A program made the position numbers and the translations under genes. From a bacterium (GTDB lineage Bacteria > Patescibacteriota > Minisyncoccia > Sungbacterales > GWA2-42-14): 64,000 bases of DNA. Below are positions 54,846 through 64,000 of the stretch, piece by piece. The notes beneath the pieces were generated by a model. It saw only the letters and a program-made list of their open reading frames with translations, was not told where the DNA came from and made no database searches. The stretch covers positions 32 through 64,031 of the forward strand of contig JAUSFV010000006.1 in assembly GCA_030649305.1 (NCBI GenBank), read 5' to 3'. Within the stretch, counting starts at the first letter, position 1. Each line of letters begins with the position of its first letter.

Positions 54846-55334
54846 CTATCCTAGCACTTTCTTCACTACTCTACTCACCCGATCCCCCGACGCCTGCCCC
54901 TTCGCGCGTTTCATAATTTCTCCCATAACACGGCCAAAATCTTTTTGCGTGACCTCACCAAGCCCGCCCACAACCTCGCCAACAATTTTTTCAAGCTCCT
55001 CGTCCGACATCTCCTCGGGCAAGTACGATTGTAGCATTACAAGTTCGCGTTTTTCACGCTCCGCCGCCTCCTGCCTTCCGCCTTTTTCATACCCCTCAAT
55101 CGCATCTTTTCGTTTTTTTGCCTCCGTGCGAATTGTCTCAACCATTTCCTCATCCGTCAATTGCGATTCTTTTTCCAGATTCTCCGTACCCCCCCTTTTG
55201 CTTAATTTGGTTCGTTTCTCAATCTCCCGGTTCCGAACCGCGGCAAGCAACATCCGAAGCGTTGAAAGCAAATCGCCCTCGTGTTCCCTAAGGGCTTTTT
55301 TCGCATCATCTTCTATTTTTTGTTTTAGCGTCAT
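54846..55334 (-). CDS. yqeY: GatB/YqeY-domain protein
   Basis: …DLLSTLRMLLAAVRNREIEK… YqeY pattern; sits in the conserved rpsU-yqeY neighbourhood. Confidence 0.65.
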   Translation of the reverse strand: MTLKQKIEDDAKKALREHEGDLLSTLRMLLAAVRNREIEKRTKLSKRGGTENLEKESQLTDEEMVETIRTEAKKRKDAIEGYEKGGRQEAAEREKRELVMLQSYLPEEMSDEELEKIVGEVVGGLGEVTQKDFGRVMGEIMKRAKGQASGDRVSRVVKKVLG

Positions 55335-55425
55335 ACTCGACACCAATACACAAAATTTTCACGAATGTCACGAATAACGATTTCCCGTTAGTGTCATTCG
55401 TGCCCATTCGTGTATTTGTGGCGGG
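55332..55425. repeat. ~95-bp element R2 (paralog of R1) between rpsU and yqeY
   Basis: Begins at the yqeY start codon; same CACGAAUGUCACGAAUA…GUCAUUCGUGCCCAUUCGUG core. Confidence 0.7.
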
Positions 55426-55426
55426 T

Positions 55427-55657
55427 CTATCCGCGGATTTCCTCATCCAATTTGCCAAGCTTAATCAGCCTTCTTTTCTCTTTAATCACCCCCATTCGCC
55501 GAAGCGCGCGGTCTTTTGTGGCGCGTTTACTTGGCGGCGGTTGATAAAAGCGCCCCCGGCGCGCCCGAATCAAAATACCCGACTGCTGGACTCTGCGGGT
55601 GAACCGACGGAGCATTGCCCCGATAGTCTCATGATTTTTTCGTTTGACGTACACCAT
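55427..55657 (-). CDS. rpsU: 30S ribosomal protein S21
   Basis: MVYVKRKNHETIGAMLRRFTRRVQQSGIL…RRGRFYQPPSKR…: S21 pattern. Confidence 0.75.
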   Translation of the reverse strand: MVYVKRKNHETIGAMLRRFTRRVQQSGILIRARRGRFYQPPPSKRATKDRALRRMGVIKEKRRLIKLGKLDEEIRG

Positions 55658-55667
55658 AACAATAAAA

Positions 55668-55773
55668 TTTCTAATTATTAATTTCTAATTAACCTAATCA
55701 AATCCCAACAAAATTAGACATTCAGGGGTTAGGCATTTATTAGAAATTAGGTCAATTAGGAATTAGACATTTG
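55668..55773. repeat. ~106-bp element RA with ~30-bp terminal inverted repeats (TTTCTAATTATTAATTTCTAATTAACCTAAT … ATTAGAAATTAGGTCAATTAGGAATTAGA)
   Basis: ~85% identical to RB at 56171-56277; MITE/REP-like. Confidence 0.65.
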
Positions 55774-55816
55774 AAGACATGCGATAATTCTCCAAACTCC
55801 AAATCCTTCAAGCGAT

Positions 55817-56170
55817 TCATACGCGATACTCGTCTGGATTATCCTCCCTCCCCCATCCTCCGAGCAAATGCAGATGCAAATGATCAATCACCTGCCCCCC
55901 CTCTCTGCCTACATTAAATACTAATTTATATCCTTTCAAGCCCTTCTCTGCGGCAATCTGTTTTGCGCGATAGATTAATTTTGCAATCATGTCGCTATGA
56001 TTTTCCTGCAAATACGCGATGGACTCAACATGTTCTTTTGGAATCACAAGAATATGTACGGGGGCAGATGGCCGAATGTCTTTGAAGGCCTTAATTTCGC
56101 CGTCCTCATACTCAATCTCGGACGAAACCTCGCCCTGCGCAATTTTACAAAAAATACAATCTGAATACAA
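55817..56170 (-). CDS. HIT-family (histidine triad, Hint-like) protein
   Basis: …CIFCKIAQGE… and …IDHLHLHLLGG… histidine triad; apparent TTG start. Confidence 0.75.
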   Translation of the reverse strand: MYSDCIFCKIAQGEVSSEIEYEDGEIKAFKDIRPSAPVHILVIPKEHVESIAYLQENHSDMIAKLIYRAKQIAAEKGLKGYKLVFNVGREGGQVIDHLHLHLLGGWGREDNPDEYRV

Positions 56171-56277
56171 TTTCTAATTACTAATTTCTAATTGACCTAA
56201 ACAAATCACAAACCCCAATTCACAAAATTAGTCATCGGGCATTGATTAGAAATTAGATCAATTAGGAATTAGACATT
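56171..56277. repeat. ~107-bp element RB (paralog of RA) between hisS and the HIT gene
   Basis: The same TIR-bearing element; the two copies flank the HIT gene as direct repeats. Confidence 0.65.
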
Positions 56278-56326
56278 TGCAAACACCGATAAACGAATAT
56301 GCCTCTCTGCAAACATCCTACACCCC

Positions 56327-57745
56327 CTATCGCTTCAGCTTCTTTTTGAGTGTTTCTACCATTTTCTCCCGCAAAATCGTCTCCTGAATTCCCGACGACA
56401 TCTCGCGGATGATAATCGTACCGTCAATCGCCTCTTTTTGACCCAAAATCAGCGAATACTGGGCCTCATTCTTATCTGCAAGCTTTAATTGCGACTTAAC
56501 ACTCGCCTTTCCGATTGATTCCCCGACCGGAATATTGGCATTTCGCAACTCCTCCATAATACGGAAACTTTTCTTTTTTGCAAGGTCTCCCAACTGAACA
56601 AAAAACACTTTCTGCCGAGAACTTCCCGTGCGTATTCCCCGCTGTTTCAAAACCGCGACAAGGCGCTCAATCCCGAGAGCCCCCCCCACCGCGGGCGTGG
56701 GACGCCCGCCGATCATCTCAACAAGCCCGTCGTAGCGCCCGCCCGATCCCAAAGCAAGCAATCTTTTTTCGGGGATACCCTCGGAGACCTTCTCCGGTTC
56801 TTTCTCTTTCTCTACCACGACTCCCTCATCATGAATATTGATTTCCGGACTAACTATTTCTGCCGCTATTTCCGTAGGTTTAGGAGGAGCACTATGCGAA
56901 ACATTCTCATCAAGAAATATTTCAAAAACGGTTCGCGTATAATAATCAAGCCCGCGCACCAGATGCGGATTTAAGTGATACGGAAGGCCATCTTCATCGA
57001 GAAATTCGAGGAGCAATTTGAAATGATCCTTGCACGCCTCACACAGGTGCTCAATCATCTGCGGCGCTCCTTTTTTCGCGATCTCGCATTTTTCTTCCTT
57101 GCAATCAAGCAAACGCAGAGGGTTTGTTTTATACCGCTCCTTACAATCCTTACACAAACCCTTGATGCGCGCGCGATAATATTGCACCAAGAGCGAACGA
57201 TATCCGGGGCGGCATGCACTACAACCAATGCTATTTACATGAAACACAAAATCCTTAATACCAAGCTCCTGAAGCGCTACAGAGAAGACGTGCATAACTT
57301 CCACGTCAGCGATAACGGATTCATCACCAATATTCTCAAGCCCCCACTGATTAAATTCCCGAAACCTCCCTTTTTGCGGTGACTCATGCCGGAAAAACGC
57401 ACCAAAATACCAAAATTTCACGGGATGCGGTTCGCTAACCAAGCCGTTTTCAATATAGGCGCGGGCAACGGACGCCGTACCCTCGGGACGCAAAGTCAAC
57501 GAATCACCCCCGCGCGTACGAAATGAATACATCTGTTTCTCAACGATATCGGACGTTTCCCCAACCGCGCTCAAAAAAAGTTCCGTATCTTCAAAATGCG
57601 GCGTTGCAATCCTCCCGTAGCCGTAATACGAAGAGAGTTCATGCGAAACTTTCCGGAGCTTATCCCAATAGGGCTGCAGGGGAGGCAAAATATCATGCGT
57701 CCCGCGCGGCGCCTGAAAGGGTTTTTGTTTTGGTTTTTTGGTCAT
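56327..57745 (-). CDS. hisS: Histidyl-tRNA synthetase (with a Cys-rich zinc-ribbon-like insertion)
   Basis: …APRGTHDILPP… …LRPEGTASVARAY… class II HisRS motifs; insertion CSACRPGY…CKDCKERY…CKEEKCEIA…CEAC. Confidence 0.8.
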   Translation of the reverse strand: MTKKPKQKPFQAPRGTHDILPPLQPYWDKLRKVSHELSSYYGYGRIATPHFEDTELFLSAVGETSDIVEKQMYSFRTRGGDSLTLRPEGTASVARAYIENGLVSEPHPVKFWYFGAFFRHESPQKGRFREFNQWGLENIGDESVIADVEVMHVFSVALQELGIKDFVFHVNSIGCSACRPGYRSLLVQYYRARIKGLCKDCKERYKTNPLRLLDCKEEKCEIAKKGAPQMIEHLCEACKDHFKLLLEFLDEDGLPYHLNPHLVRGLDYYTRTVFEIFLDENVSHSAPPKPTEIAAEIVSPEINIHDEGVVVEKEKEPEKVSEGIPEKRLLALGSGGRYDGLVEMIGGRPTPAVGGALGIERLVAVLKQRGIRTGSSRQKVFFVQLGDLAKKKSFRIMEELRNANIPVGESIGKASVKSQLKLADKNEAQYSLILGQKEAIDGTIIIREMSSGIQETILREKMVETLKKKLKR

Positions 57746-57794
57746 AATAATACGAATATACAAATATACACTAATTCACGAATCTGCTTAAAAA

Positions 57795-58391
57795 TTAATC
57801 GGAAACAACACCAATCTTTGAAAGAGGCCAGGCCCGAATAAGCGCCCTTCCCGTAATAAACCGCCTGTCCAACGTCCCCCATCTCCGCGAATCCGAACTG
57901 AATTCCCGGTTATCTCCCATAACAAAATATTCTTTATCGGAAAGTTTTACCTCCGTATCACCGTTCGTGCGAAGCCCTTCGGGCAAATAGGGCTCCGGCA
58001 AAACAAAACCATTCGGCTGTTCATCATTTTTAATCCAAACCTCCCCATTGCGGATCTCAACGCGCTCATTCGGAAGCCCGATAACGCGCTTAATAAAAAA
58101 TTGCTTCGGCTGGAGAGGGTAGCGAAATACCACGACTTCGCCCCGTTCCGGCGCGCGGAAAAAATAATATGACGCCTCATCAATAATCAAATACTGCCCG
58201 TCTTCAAACGTAGGGTCCATGGATGCGCCATTCACAATAAAGGGCTGCGCAATAAAATAGCGGATGGGCAAAGCTACTGCCACCGCCACAATCAATACCT
58301 TAAAAAATTCAAATGCTTCGGCGCCCCACCCCCCTCCTTCCTCCTGCGGAGCCTGCTCCGTGGGGTTTTGTCCTATTGTTTTTTCTTCCAT
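57795..58391 (-). CDS. lepB: Signal peptidase I
   Basis: …IVNGASMDPTFEDGQ… (SMxPT) and …GDNREFSSDSRRWG… S26 signature. Confidence 0.8.
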   Translation of the reverse strand: MEEKTIGQNPTEQAPQEEGGGWGAEAFEFFKVLIVAVAVALPIRYFIAQPFIVNGASMDPTFEDGQYLIIDEASYYFFRAPERGEVVVFRYPLQPKQFFIKRVIGLPNERVEIRNGEVWIKNDEQPNGFVLPEPYLPEGLRTNGDTEVKLSDKEYFVMGDNREFSSDSRRWGTLDRRFITGRALIRAWPLSKIGVVSD

Positions 58392-58463
58392 TCTTCAGAT
58401 TATACGAGAAAATTTCATTCTGTGCAATACCACCGAGACAAAAAACGTGTTATACTATGGCTT

Positions 58464-59021
58464 ATGACATATCTTCTCGTCGGCCTCGGGAATTCGGGGA
58501 AAGAATATGAAAACACGCGGCATAATGTGGGCCGAGAAATATTGAAAGGATGGCAGAAAAAAAACGGCCTGCCCGATTTTGAATTTAATAAAAAGTTGAA
58601 TGCGCTCGTGACAAAGAGCAAAAAATGCGTCATCGTGCTTCCCGAAACATTTATGAATAGATCGGGGGCTGCAACGGGGGCGGCCGCGCGATTTTTCAAA
58701 ATAAAACCAAGGGGTATTGTTATCCTGCATGATGATGCCGACATGGAACTTGGCCGCACCAAACTCTCCTTCAACCGCCACTCGGCAGGACACAAGGGCG
58801 TTGAATCAACAAAACGCGCCCTCGGCACGTGGGAATTCTGGCGCCTCCGCATCGGCATCCAAAAAAAGAAACGCGTGGATGCCATGAAACTTGTGTTGCA
58901 AAAATTTTCTCCCGCGGAAGAAATACAACTTAAAAAAACAAGAAAAAAAATATTCGCCGGGCTTGATATGATCCTCTCCGACGGCCCCAGCCACGCGATG
59001 AACTCCATGAATCAAAATTAG
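58464..59021 (+). CDS. pth: Peptidyl-tRNA hydrolase
   Basis: MTYLLVGLGNSGKEYENTRHNVG… Pth N-terminal signature. Confidence 0.85.
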   Translation: MTYLLVGLGNSGKEYENTRHNVGREILKGWQKKNGLPDFEFNKKLNALVTKSKKCVIVLPETFMNRSGAATGAAARFFKIKPRGIVILHDDADMELGRTKLSFNRHSAGHKGVESTKRALGTWEFWRLRIGIQKKKRVDAMKLVLQKFSPAEEIQLKKTRKKIFAGLDMILSDGPSHAMNSMNQN

Positions 59022-59051
59022 AAAAACCGATCGCGCGTGATCGGTTTTCGT

Positions 59052-59303
59052 TTAATAACTTGCTTCTCTGCGCTTCCGAAGCCATACACCGAAAATGCAT
59101 CCTACGGGAATGCCCGCCATAAACCATACGGCTGAAATCATAAAACTTGCTTTTGTGTCGAATCCGGCAAAATGAAACAGGACCGCGAAAACGACAACGG
59201 CAAAACAGATTGCGGTAAAAAGAGAAAAAAGAAACATCAGACGCCCCCGTTCCGCAATCCTTATTATTCCCCTTGTTCTGCTTTCTCGGAAACCAGCCGC
59301 CAC
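59052..59303 (-). CDS. Hypothetical small membrane protein
   Basis: Track ORF, hydrophobic. Overlaps another hydrophobic ORF (59264..59467) in a different frame, so a frameshift or a single gene is possible. Confidence 0.3.
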   Translation of the reverse strand: MAAGFRESRTRGIIRIAERGRLMFLFSLFTAICFAVVVFAVLFHFAGFDTKASFMISAVWFMAGIPVGCIFGVWLRKRREASY

Positions 59304-59536
59304 AACCTATATGACGCATCAGTCGCGGAGAACAAAACACAAATAAAGAGCAAAATGTACAATGGACTAAAATTATGCCTTAGGGCGCTCTCAAGGCCGG
59401 AGATGCCAACAATAAGAGCAGAAACAATAATCCATCCCCGCAGAAACCATACATCCCCGAACCTCATAGTATTTATCTCCTTTCTTAAAGAACCTTGCTT
59501 TTTTGCTAAATCTAAAATATCATAAACGAATAAGAA

Positions 59537-61513
59537 ATGTCAAACGCGCCGCCGAATACAAAAAAGACAGAGGCGGCACAAGAAATATCAGAAGTCATGA
59601 TTGCCGCCATCACCCCCCAATTTTTGGAACGGGGTGTTTTGTGGTTCCAAGAAAATGAAAAACAAATCAAAGAAGCGCTCAAAACAAAGGCATTCTGGAA
59701 GGACAACATCGCAATTCTTGAAAAAGACCTTGTTATAAAACCATCGGAACTTCTGCGCCGCCTTACTGATTTCGGGTATGAGCGGACGAATATAATATTC
59801 GGCAAGGGCGAATTTGCAAACCGCGGAAATATCATTGAGGTATGGCCGATTAATACCGACCAGCCATTCGCGGTTGAATTTTTCGGAAACCGAACTGAAC
59901 GCATCATGCCCGCGCTCAAAAAAGAAACGCCGGCAATCAGGACGAAAGCGCTCAAAACCGAAAGCGGGCTCAAGCGGCTAAAGGCGGGCGATTATCTTGT
60001 CCATCTTGACCACGGCATCGGCATTTTTCGTGGGATAGAACATAACTATTTTTTGATTGAATACGCTCCCCCGCGCCTAGGGGCCAACCCCGACATGCTA
60101 CGCGTACCGCTCGCACAGGAAAAAAAACTCAATCTCTATATCGGATTTGAAACGCCAACCGTGCATCGTCTTGGCGGAAGTACGTGGGCGACGACCAAAC
60201 GAAAAATAAAAGAAGGAGCGGAAAAATTAGCAAAAGAACTTCTTGCCCTTTATGCCACGCGCGAAACAGCCTCGCGCCAACCGTATTACGCCGACCATAT
60301 GGAGCGGACATTTGCGGATGCGTTTCCCTATACAGAGACGCCCGACCAAAAACGCGCGATTGAAGAAATTTACGGAGATTTAGAAAAAGAAAAACCCATG
60401 GACAGGATTCTATGCGGAGATGTCGGATTCGGGAAAACCGAAGTTGCCATGCGCGCCGCCTTCCGCGCGATTCTCAACGGCAGGCAAGTCGCGATAATAG
60501 CGCCCACCACGATTCTTGCCTCCGAACACGAACGCACATTTTTGGAACGCTTTAAAAATGTTCCTGTCCGCATTGCCTCACTTTCACGCCTCACCCCGTC
60601 CAAAGACATAAAACGCATTCTCCGCGAGTGCGATAATGGCGGTATTGATATCCTCATCGGAACGCACCGCCTGCTTTCCCGCGATGTTTCATTTAAAAAC
60701 CTCGGCCTCGTAATCGTTGACGAAGAACAGCGATTCGGCGTCAAACAAAAAGAGCGCTTTAAGCATCTGCGAAGCAATGTTGATATTCTGAATCTCTCGG
60801 CAACCCCGATTCCGCGCACACTCCATTTAGCGCTTACGCATCTCCGCGATATCTCGCGGATTGATACGCCGCCCGAAGGGCGTATGCCCATAAAAAATTT
60901 CATACTTCCCCGCTCCATAAAAACCATACGGCGCGCCATTGAAAATGAACTCTCAAGAGGCGGGCAAATTTATTTTCTCCATAATCGGGTAGAAACCATT
61001 GAGATAATGCGAGAAAAACTTCTTCGGGCACTTCGCGCGATTCCCCACGCGAAAATTGAAATCATCCACGGCAAAATGAATGAGCGCGCCATGCTCCGGG
61101 CGCTTGAGCGCTTCCGAAACAAAGAATGCAATATTCTCCTTGCGACAACCATCATTGAAAACGGCCTTGATTTTTCAAACGCAAATACGCTGATTGTGGA
61201 TAACGCGGTGCGCCTCGGCCTTTCACAGGCGTATCAAATCCGCGGCAGAATCGGACGGGGTGACAGGCAGGCATACGCATATTTTTTCTACAAATCACAC
61301 CATCTCACCGAAAAAGCCCTGCGGCGGCTTGCGGCATTACAAGAATTTGAAGAACTCGGCTCGGGCTACGACATTGCCCTACGCGACTTGGAAATCCGCG
61401 GAGCCGGCAATATTCTCGGCCGGGAGCAATCGGGAGCAATTAACCGAGTCGGGCTCAATCTCTACTGCCAGATTCTTGCCGATGCGGTTGAACAATTAAA
61501 AATAAGAAAATAA
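59537..61513 (+). CDS. mfd: Transcription-repair coupling factor (Mfd), short form lacking the N-terminal UvrB-homology domains
   Basis: …GDVGFGKTEVAMRAAF… …VIVDEEQRFGV… …LEIRGAGNILGREQSG… (TRG motif) in a 658-aa protein. Confidence 0.8.
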   Translation: MSNAPPNTKKTEAAQEISEVMIAAITPQFLERGVLWFQENEKQIKEALKTKAFWKDNIAILEKDLVIKPSELLRRLTDFGYERTNIIFGKGEFANRGNIIEVWPINTDQPFAVEFFGNRTERIMPALKKETPAIRTKALKTESGLKRLKAGDYLVHLDHGIGIFRGIEHNYFLIEYAPPRLGANPDMLRVPLAQEKKLNLYIGFETPTVHRLGGSTWATTKRKIKEGAEKLAKELLALYATRETASRQPYYADHMERTFADAFPYTETPDQKRAIEEIYGDLEKEKPMDRILCGDVGFGKTEVAMRAAFRAILNGRQVAIIAPTTILASEHERTFLERFKNVPVRIASLSRLTPSKDIKRILRECDNGGIDILIGTHRLLSRDVSFKNLGLVIVDEEQRFGVKQKERFKHLRSNVDILNLSATPIPRTLHLALTHLRDISRIDTPPEGRMPIKNFILPRSIKTIRRAIENELSRGGQIYFLHNRVETIEIMREKLLRALRAIPHAKIEIIHGKMNERAMLRALERFRNKECNILLATTIIENGLDFSNANTLIVDNAVRLGLSQAYQIRGRIGRGDRQAYAYFFYKSHHLTEKALRRLAALQEFEELGSGYDIALRDLEIRGAGNILGREQSGAINRVGLNLYCQILADAVEQLKIRK

Positions 61514-61533
61514 ATAAGAGCGGATAACCGCTC

Positions 61534-62460
61534 TTATTTTTTCTTCAACTCGGATGGAAGTGGCGCGTTCGGCACCACACCGATCCCATGAATTTTTGTT
61601 TGCATATTGCCGACAAAATACTCAAACGCGGTAATTTTCAAAAAAGAACCGTCCGGAAGGGGAAATACGATTTGTCCGATCCCCTTGCCGAATGACGTGC
61701 CGCCGGCAACACAATATCCCCAATCTTTCATGGTTCCGGCAACAATCTCGGAAGCAGATGCCGAGTGCATATCAATGACTACACATACTGGAATATCGCG
61801 GAAGATGCCGGGGGGATTTTCTAGGTCATATTCTTTCCGCACGGCTTCCACGTCGTACACCATATCACCTCTCGTTCGAAAACGAAGCGTAAGAAAACGA
61901 TCACCCTCGCGCGCAAAACGATACAATACCTTTAGCGCCCCCTCCACCGAACCTCCGCCATTCATACGAAGATCTATATACAGTCGGGTAGCGCCACGCG
62001 AGAGAAGTTCAAACGCACGCGCCTCAAATTCTTTATCAGTATCATCATGAAACGCAGGGATATACAGTATCCCTGTTTTGTTTTTTATTGTCACGACAAT
62101 AGGCAGACGGTGATCTTCACCATAGTACTCCCACTCATCAGAAGAGTAGGTCCTTGCGTATTCATCGCCGCAATATTCTTCCGCATCGCGATCCTTCTCC
62201 CGTTCCTCATACAATTCGCGCACGCACGCATCAATATTAGATGGAAGGCGCAACATGTCTTTTTCCACATGCGCGCGTATTTCTTGCAACACATCGGATA
62301 CATCCGCGTTCTTCGTACTGTTAACCCCGCAAACACCGCCAGATACAGCACAAGCAGAATTTTCATTCCATTTCAATTCCGCCCCATCCGCTCCGAATGC
62401 AGCCGGTAAAAATGATATCCCCACAATCAATGCCGCGCGGAATAAAAAAGTCCATCGCAT
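61534..62460 (-). CDS. S41-family C-terminal processing peptidase (secreted)
   Basis: Signal peptide MRWTFLFRAALIVGISFLPAAFG; …RLYIDLRMNGGGS… S41 motif. Confidence 0.7.
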   Translation of the reverse strand: MRWTFLFRAALIVGISFLPAAFGADGAELKWNENSACAVSGGVCGVNSTKNADVSDVLQEIRAHVEKDMLRLPSNIDACVRELYEEREKDRDAEEYCGDEYARTYSSDEWEYYGEDHRLPIVVTIKNKTGILYIPAFHDDTDKEFEARAFELLSRGATRLYIDLRMNGGGSVEGALKVLYRFAREGDRFLTLRFRTRGDMVYDVEAVRKEYDLENPPGIFRDIPVCVVIDMHSASASEIVAGTMKDWGYCVAGGTSFGKGIGQIVFPLPDGSFLKITAFEYFVGNMQTKIHGIGVVPNAPLPSELKKK

Positions 62461-62557
62461 GGAAAACCTCCTCCAGCATATCAAAGAACAAAACTGTTTT
62501 TACCATACAACAAAAGAAAAAAATAAAAAAGCCTCAACGAGGCTTCTCCTATACGCA

Positions 62558-63316
62558 TTATCCGGAAAACTCAAAAAGGACTAGTATCTCCTTCCCCGGC
62601 TCAACAATAACCTGTAGTTTTTTCTCACCAAGTGTCTCATGCCACACCCTGAGAGTGCGCTTTCCGGCGGGAACACCCCGCAGAATAAAGGTACCCCCCG
62701 CATCGCTCAGCGCATACAAAGAATGCTCCGAAACAACCACCCATCCCAACATCCACGGATGGACATCGCACGCCATCTTGAAAATACCCGCGGCATCAAA
62801 TTTTACCTGCATCGTTTTCTTAAATTTTGGCTGAGCGGCATTGTGCGAACCCGCATGAAAATTATGGAGAATACCGTCCGGGTTTTTCACCTCAACAATT
62901 CCCCCAACGGGCACCAATACCACATGCGGGTCAAACCAACATCCTTTCTGGTCAAGCACGACCGGTTTTCCCGGAGGAGGAAGCACTTGTATATGAGCGA
63001 GATCTGTCACCGATGCAACAACAAAACGAACGCCGCCATCCTTCCCGACTACAAGTGACTCGCTCGTCTTTGCCTTACCGCAAATATCCGTGTCTTTGGT
63101 CACGCTGATTACTGCGGACTGTGGCGGCATTCCTTTATACCGCACCTCTCCGATAATGGTACCAAAGCCGCTTTCCTGCTCCGGCGGTTTAGGACCGCTC
63201 GGCGCAATCGTGGAAGGTGGCGTGTCAGGCGGCTGTGGAGGTAGAGCATCCGGCCCGCTACCGCAAGAAATTACCGAAAAACACAATACCGTAAGAAGCA
63301 CTCGTACCAATCGCAT
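62558..63316 (-). CDS. Lipoprotein with a cupredoxin (type-1 copper, amicyanin-like) domain and a C-terminal beta-sandwich
   Basis: Lipobox VISCG; ligand pattern …HNFH… and …CDVHPWM… (Cys-x2-His-x2-Met spacing as in amicyanin CTPHPFM). Confidence 0.5.
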   Translation of the reverse strand: MRLVRVLLTVLCFSVISCGSGPDALPPQPPDTPPSTIAPSGPKPPEQESGFGTIIGEVRYKGMPPQSAVISVTKDTDICGKAKTSESLVVGKDGGVRFVVASVTDLAHIQVLPPPGKPVVLDQKGCWFDPHVVLVPVGGIVEVKNPDGILHNFHAGSHNAAQPKFKKTMQVKFDAAGIFKMACDVHPWMLGWVVVSEHSLYALSDAGGTFILRGVPAGKRTLRVWHETLGEKKLQVIVEPGKEILVLFEFSG

Positions 63317-63434
63317 GGCTTCCTCCTGAGCAGTGCAAAACAAAAAAGAGCCGTTTCTATGGTATCGCGCCATGTTAAAAAGTCAAGAAAAAAGCCGTCT
63401 TGGAAAACGGCTCATAATGCTTTATTGTCTTATT

Positions 63435-64000
63435 TCATTTTTTTCTTTCTGGCAATGTAACGAACCAGATCAAAGGAACTGCGAGGAGCGTGAAGAAGGC
63501 ACTGATATAGACAAACAACCGCAGAATTAAGACGCGCGTTGGATCTGCCAAAAAACTCCCGTCACCGCCCCACCACGTCAAGAAATGCCACGACGCGAGA
63601 TCAATTTTATAATCATAGACTGACTTATAGAACCACCCGCCAAGCCAATCGGACATCGTGATCCTCGAAAAATTGATCACCGACATAAACCACGCATAGG
63701 TAATCGCTTCTCTGCCCTGCTTCGAGATATCTGCCGCAACTGCAAGCGGTATCTGAACACTCGGCGCACCGAAAAGATTGAAAAAGATGCCCGAGAGAAT
63801 CGCCACCACCGCGAAATTGATTGGAATAAACGAAAAAAGCTTATACCCGGGCGGAAGGTAATACAAGTAACTGACGAAGAGCCCGCATGCGCCAAGCGCA
63901 ATAGAAAAATAGAGGAGCGGCTTTCTGGAAACCCCGGGATACCGACGAAGAAAATAGAAATAACACACAATACCGATCGCGCCGAACAGATCACCGATCC
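63435..64000 (-). CDS. Hypothetical membrane protein (may continue beyond the window end)
   Basis: Track ORF with several TM helices; no in-frame stop before the window edge. Confidence 0.3.
   Translation of the reverse strand, partial: IGDLFGAIGIVCYFYFLRRYPGVSRKPLLYFSIALGACGLFVSYLYYLPPGYKLFSFIPINFAVVAILSGIFFNLFGAPSVQIPLAVAADISKQGREAITYAWFMSVINFSRITMSDWLGGWFYKSVYDYKIDLASWHFLTWWGGDGSFLADPTRVLILRLFVYISAFFTLLAVPLIWFVTLPERKK

Noticed and set aside
54587-54916. 109-aa ORF in the hairpin-rich spacer
   Set aside because: No RBS; the sequence is dominated by homopolymer runs and palindromes; overlaps the yqeY 3' end on the other strand.
55660-56300. CRISPR array (regularly repeated TTTCTAATT / AATTAGAAA units)
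   Set aside because: The units are short, irregularly spaced and arranged as terminal inverted repeats of two ~107-bp elements. There is no constant repeat-spacer periodicity and no cas genes.
59052-59467. Two overlapping small hydrophobic ORFs as separate genes
   Set aside because: Kept at low confidence only. The 40-nt out-of-frame overlap suggests either a frameshift or sequencing error in one membrane-protein gene, or a spurious call.

Overview
This 64-kb window looks like a small-genome, uncultivated-type bacterium at about 50% GC; a Patescibacteria/CPR-like lineage is only a weak inference. Coordinates that I derived by hand (repeats, RNA elements, promoters, terminators) are approximate to within ±2 nt; CDS coordinates follow the supplied ORF track, with start codons adjusted where a ribosome-binding site or homology supports it.

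Housekeeping genes recognised by motif:
- The str operon rpsL-rpsG-fusA, with two paralogous acidic hypothetical genes inserted between rpsG and fusA.
- rpmB, pepA, prs, purF, ndk, mtlD, cobO and class II nrdJ.
- ftsZ, ftsA, ybeY, yqeY, rpsU, a HIT gene, hisS, lepB, pth, mfd and an S41 peptidase.
- An HtrA protease, a Clp ATPase, two M50 proteases, a split ComEC, and a giant type IV pilin-like protein.

The most striking finding is a complete Pup-proteasome system: arc/mpa, dop, pup (C-terminal GGE), pafA, and a convergent prcB-prcA pair. Three strong-RBS genes of unknown function sit inside that locus.

Other features worth a second look:
- A tyrosine-catabolism cluster (hppD, hmgA, FAH) with a translationally coupled unknown fourth gene.
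- A promoter-to-tandem-terminator cassette of three small unknown proteins (31525..32606).
- A tRNA-Pro locus with an intact tRNA-Pro(GGG), an orphan 5' half and an orphan 3' fragment of a paralogous tRNA-Pro, next to an AT-rich putative island gene; a tRNA-Arg(CCT) lies elsewhere.
- Several intergenic repeat families: 34-36-bp perfect palindromes downstream of three genes, related palindromes flanking an arsR-like gene, two copies of a ~120-nt element with compensatory stem changes, ~95-bp repeats abutting the ftsA and yqeY start codons, ~110-bp TIR-bearing repeats flanking the HIT gene, and octamer-motif clusters.

No CRISPR array, rRNA or recognisable transposase is present.
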